Below are positions 60,541 through 64,000 of a DNA stretch of 64,000 bases, one piece after another. The notes under the pieces were generated by a model. It was not told the DNA's origin, searched no databases, and was given only the letters and a program-made list of their open reading frames with translations. Each line of letters opens with the position of its first letter. Position 1 is the first letter of the stretch. A program made the translations under genes and the position numbers. Source of the DNA: Octopus sinensis (Eukaryota); contig NC_043011.1 in the NCBI RefSeq assembly GCF_006345805.1, forward strand, positions 66,600,464 through 66,664,463. The letters run 5' to 3'.

Positions 60541-62169
60541 GCAATAGACGCCTATACAGTTCTACAAATGAACTTTGCTTTAAAAAATATAATTTATATA
60601 TTTGTAGGCCCAATAATAATTTAAAGTTGATTTCAAAGGCTATTGATAATATATTTGGGAAAAAAATTCATTATTTCAAATGACATTACTTTTTTATTTA
60701 GTATATATGAATGCCTGCAGTTGAAGCAGCAATAATCTGGTTTGAAAACAAAGACAAAATAGGTTACTACACCATTTATACCATATTTATATTCATTTTG
60801 TAATTTCGTAATGAAAACTTCATACTCTGGCGACTTCCAGGTTGCAATTTCTATTATAATTAAATATGGTGTGACATGTGTTTCAACTTACGGATAATGT
60901 ATGTATATTTGATCTATAACATACTATGCCATGATATATTTTCAAAATGTTATTCTTCAACTTTCACCAACAGGACGGGTATATATAAGATAATTTTAAG
61001 AACGTGATATATGTGTGTACCTGTACATACAGGAAGGTTTTAACATTACATATACAATGTATTCAGTCTAATTGTAACGCTTGTTATTATGTCTGGATTT
61101 TATTTGTTTCTTGTTTGTTGTTTTTCTTTTCGCTTTTTTGTTTAGTGAACACTTGATGAATTTGTAGCTATCCAGTGGTGCTTGATAGTATAAAGATTCA
61201 TCTTATAATTGAGAAAAGGTTAGATGAGATTGCGAGAAGAAATATTAGTTTCAAATTATGGGACAAGGTAGACAATCTCGCTGGGTAAGTTAAACAACCT
61301 GATACTTGCTTCCAACCTGATACTTAAATTCTACATATTTTATCGATTCATAATGAATCAAATGCAAATATAAGCATGATAGATTCTCCACCAATGTGCT
61401 TCGTCACAAAAGTCTCCGGTGGAACATATTTTGCCTGCCAAGGTAAACAATTTCGCCCAATAGGTTATTACATCAACCCCATTACTTAACTTGTACATAT
61501 TTTATTGAGCCTGAAATGAGCAACTCTAAAGATGACCTCAGCGGAATTTGAACTCAGAAAATCACGTTTTTGTGTTTTTCTCTCCGTAATTTTCCCTCTT
61601 TCTTCTCCATTTTTATCTCCTTTTTACTTGTCCTTTTGTCACATTTTTTTAGCTCTACAAACTGCCTTCCTTCTGCTTCCTCATCACCTCAACATACTTA
61701 TTCAGTAATCCCTCGCCCTATCGTGGTTCATCTATCGCAAACTCACTAAAACGCATTTTTTTCTGGCTTGTATATGTAAATTTATATCGCGGACTCTTCA
61801 GTATATTGCGGGCTTCTGCGGCCAGTATGTACACATACATTTTATATTTTAATTATTTCTGTGGGACATTTTCGAACAAAACACCGACGATAGTCGAGGG
61901 ATTAGGGATTTGACAATTAGAGTTTAATTTAGCAGGAAACAACTAATCATTGCCATAGACCTACAAACGTACGTCAGCGAATTTATATCTAAATAACCAG
62001 TAGATAAAACATACCTAAAGAGAGGTATTCTCTTGAACAACATTGCTGTTCAATTCATTTTAAGATAGAAAACCTTATCAAACCTGTAAACTGTTATATC
62101 ATCTAACTACACAAAATATTTTACTTCTTTACTGTATGTTAATTCTCTAATCGTGTACTTCGCGACCGA

Positions 62170-62312
62170 TTAACACGAAGGGGTCAGTCAATTATATCGA
62201 TAATGGCCTTCACCTTATACTTATTACATTGAACCCAAAAGGATCAAAAGTCAACCTCGGTGCAATTTGAAATTTAAAATGTAGAGGCGGACGAAATACC
62301 GCTAAGCACGTT
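62170..62312 (-). mobile_element. old degraded SINE family A fragment
   Basis: AAAAGTCAACCTCGGTGCAATTTGAA..GGACGAAATACCGCTAAGCA. Confidence 0.65.
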
Positions 62313-63221
62313 AACCTATTCTGTGTTATGTTATACATGTCGTATTGAAAGGTAACGACGTAAGCGAGCTGTCAATTACTACTGGGCTAATTTATGGACA
62401 ATTCAAGTACCTGAGATAATGCATTTTATGCATACCCCTCTCTAGGCGGATTCAATATATATACTTATATATCCATTCATGTGCGTTTGTGCACGCATGT
62501 GGATATGTGCACGCGTGTGCATGTTACTGTGTACAATTACACACATACACACACATATATAATTTAATTTGATAAGATACGAAATAGAATATATATATAT
62601 ATATATATATTTACAAACACACATACATACACACACACACACACAAACACAACACAGATACACATATATGAAGTGAGAGAAAAAGAGAGAGTGTGGCTAT
62701 GGACAACACAGGCAAAAGACGGAAGGGGGCGCTTTTTCTGATGACTACAGTCCCTGCCTCTATATATTTATGTGCTTTGACTATGGCATTAGTGCATTTA
62801 ACTCTTATTCCTTGGAGTGTAGGTGTTTCTAACACCCTAACAGCATTTAATGACAGTTATATATATATATATATATATATATATTGATTGTGTGTTTGTG
62901 TGTGTATGTGCGTTTCTGTGCGTGTGTGTGTATATGTATGTATACACACACGCATGCACATTTAGACATACGCTTAAACACATTTCCGTAGCTTTTCCCC
63001 GTGTTTTTAAATATATACGAATATTCACATATATGATGTATATAATTGTGCGTGGATATACAGATAGATAAATGGGACACACCTACGCAAGACTTCTATG
63101 TAAAATGTTATGTCGACGTAAGTCAACATCACATCAACAATTCCATGTACATAGTATAGTCCCTGATAATATATTCGATTTAGGCATATTGGTTGGATTT
63201 GTAGAATATTCGGACATTACG

Positions 63222-63556
63222 TGTCTGCTGGTACGATTATCCAGGACACGTGTACCAGCAGACAAAACCCTCCGAGGCACAAGTCAGGGCAAAGTTGTTT
63301 ATGGAAGGCCAGCAGTCGCCCATAGATACCAGCCTCCCCTCTCCGCACCACTGATGTTATACAAGGGAAAGGCAAAGGGGCCGATACATCTTGGCATCAG
63401 TTACGTCGCAACTTATTTCTACAGCTGAGTGAACTGGAACAGCGTGAAATAAAGTGTCTTGCTCAAGAACACAACACGCAGCCCGGTCCGGGAATCGAAC
63501 TTACAACCTCACGATCGTAAGGTCGACGCTCTAACCACTAAGTCATGCACCTTCAG
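63222..63556 (-). mobile_element. tRNA-derived CORE-type SINE, family D
   Basis: Minus strand A-box TGACTTAGTGG, B-box GTTCGATTCCC, CORE-like GTTCTTGAGCAAGACACTTTATTTCACG. Confidence 0.85.
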
Positions 63557-63561
63557 AAAAT

Positions 63562-64000
<439 letters not shown>

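Noticed and set aside
63222-63264. 13-bp inverted repeat TGTCTGCTGGTAC/GTACCAGCAGACA at the SINE D tail
   Set aside because: Most simply a small inversion-duplication at the insertion junction; a single instance.

Overview
AT-rich, microsatellite-dense, repeat-dominated animal genomic DNA, most likely an Octopus species (inferred from the characteristic octopus-type tRNA-derived SINEs; not database-verified). No host gene, tRNA or rRNA gene can be called with confidence; most of the listed ORFs are microsatellite or antisense artefacts. The largest element is a full-length but frameshifted Tx1/L1-clade LINE (53093-59622; gag-like ORF1 with a CCHC knuckle, APE-RT ORF2). It sits inside the tRNA-like head of a SINE with a 14-bp target-site duplication and itself carries a TTAA-flanked piggyBac derivative in its tandem-monomer 5' UTR. 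Also present: a CR1/L2-type LINE 3' half, several Penelope-like (RT/GIY-YIG) relics, a deleted autonomous Helitron, a complete 381-bp non-autonomous Helitron, mariner/Tc1/maT relics, and five tRNA-SINE families. Reading for RNA structure shows an unexpected density of type-I hammerhead-ribozyme motifs from several unrelated repeat families. These include near-intact ones (13012-13061 +, 40829-40914 -), a U3-A8 core variant (42781-42830 and 6286-6330), and one built into a Pol III tRNA-headed SINE. Some tandem duplications differ mainly by small indels and may be long-read assembly artefacts. All coordinates and alignments were read by eye; ends of degraded elements are approximate.
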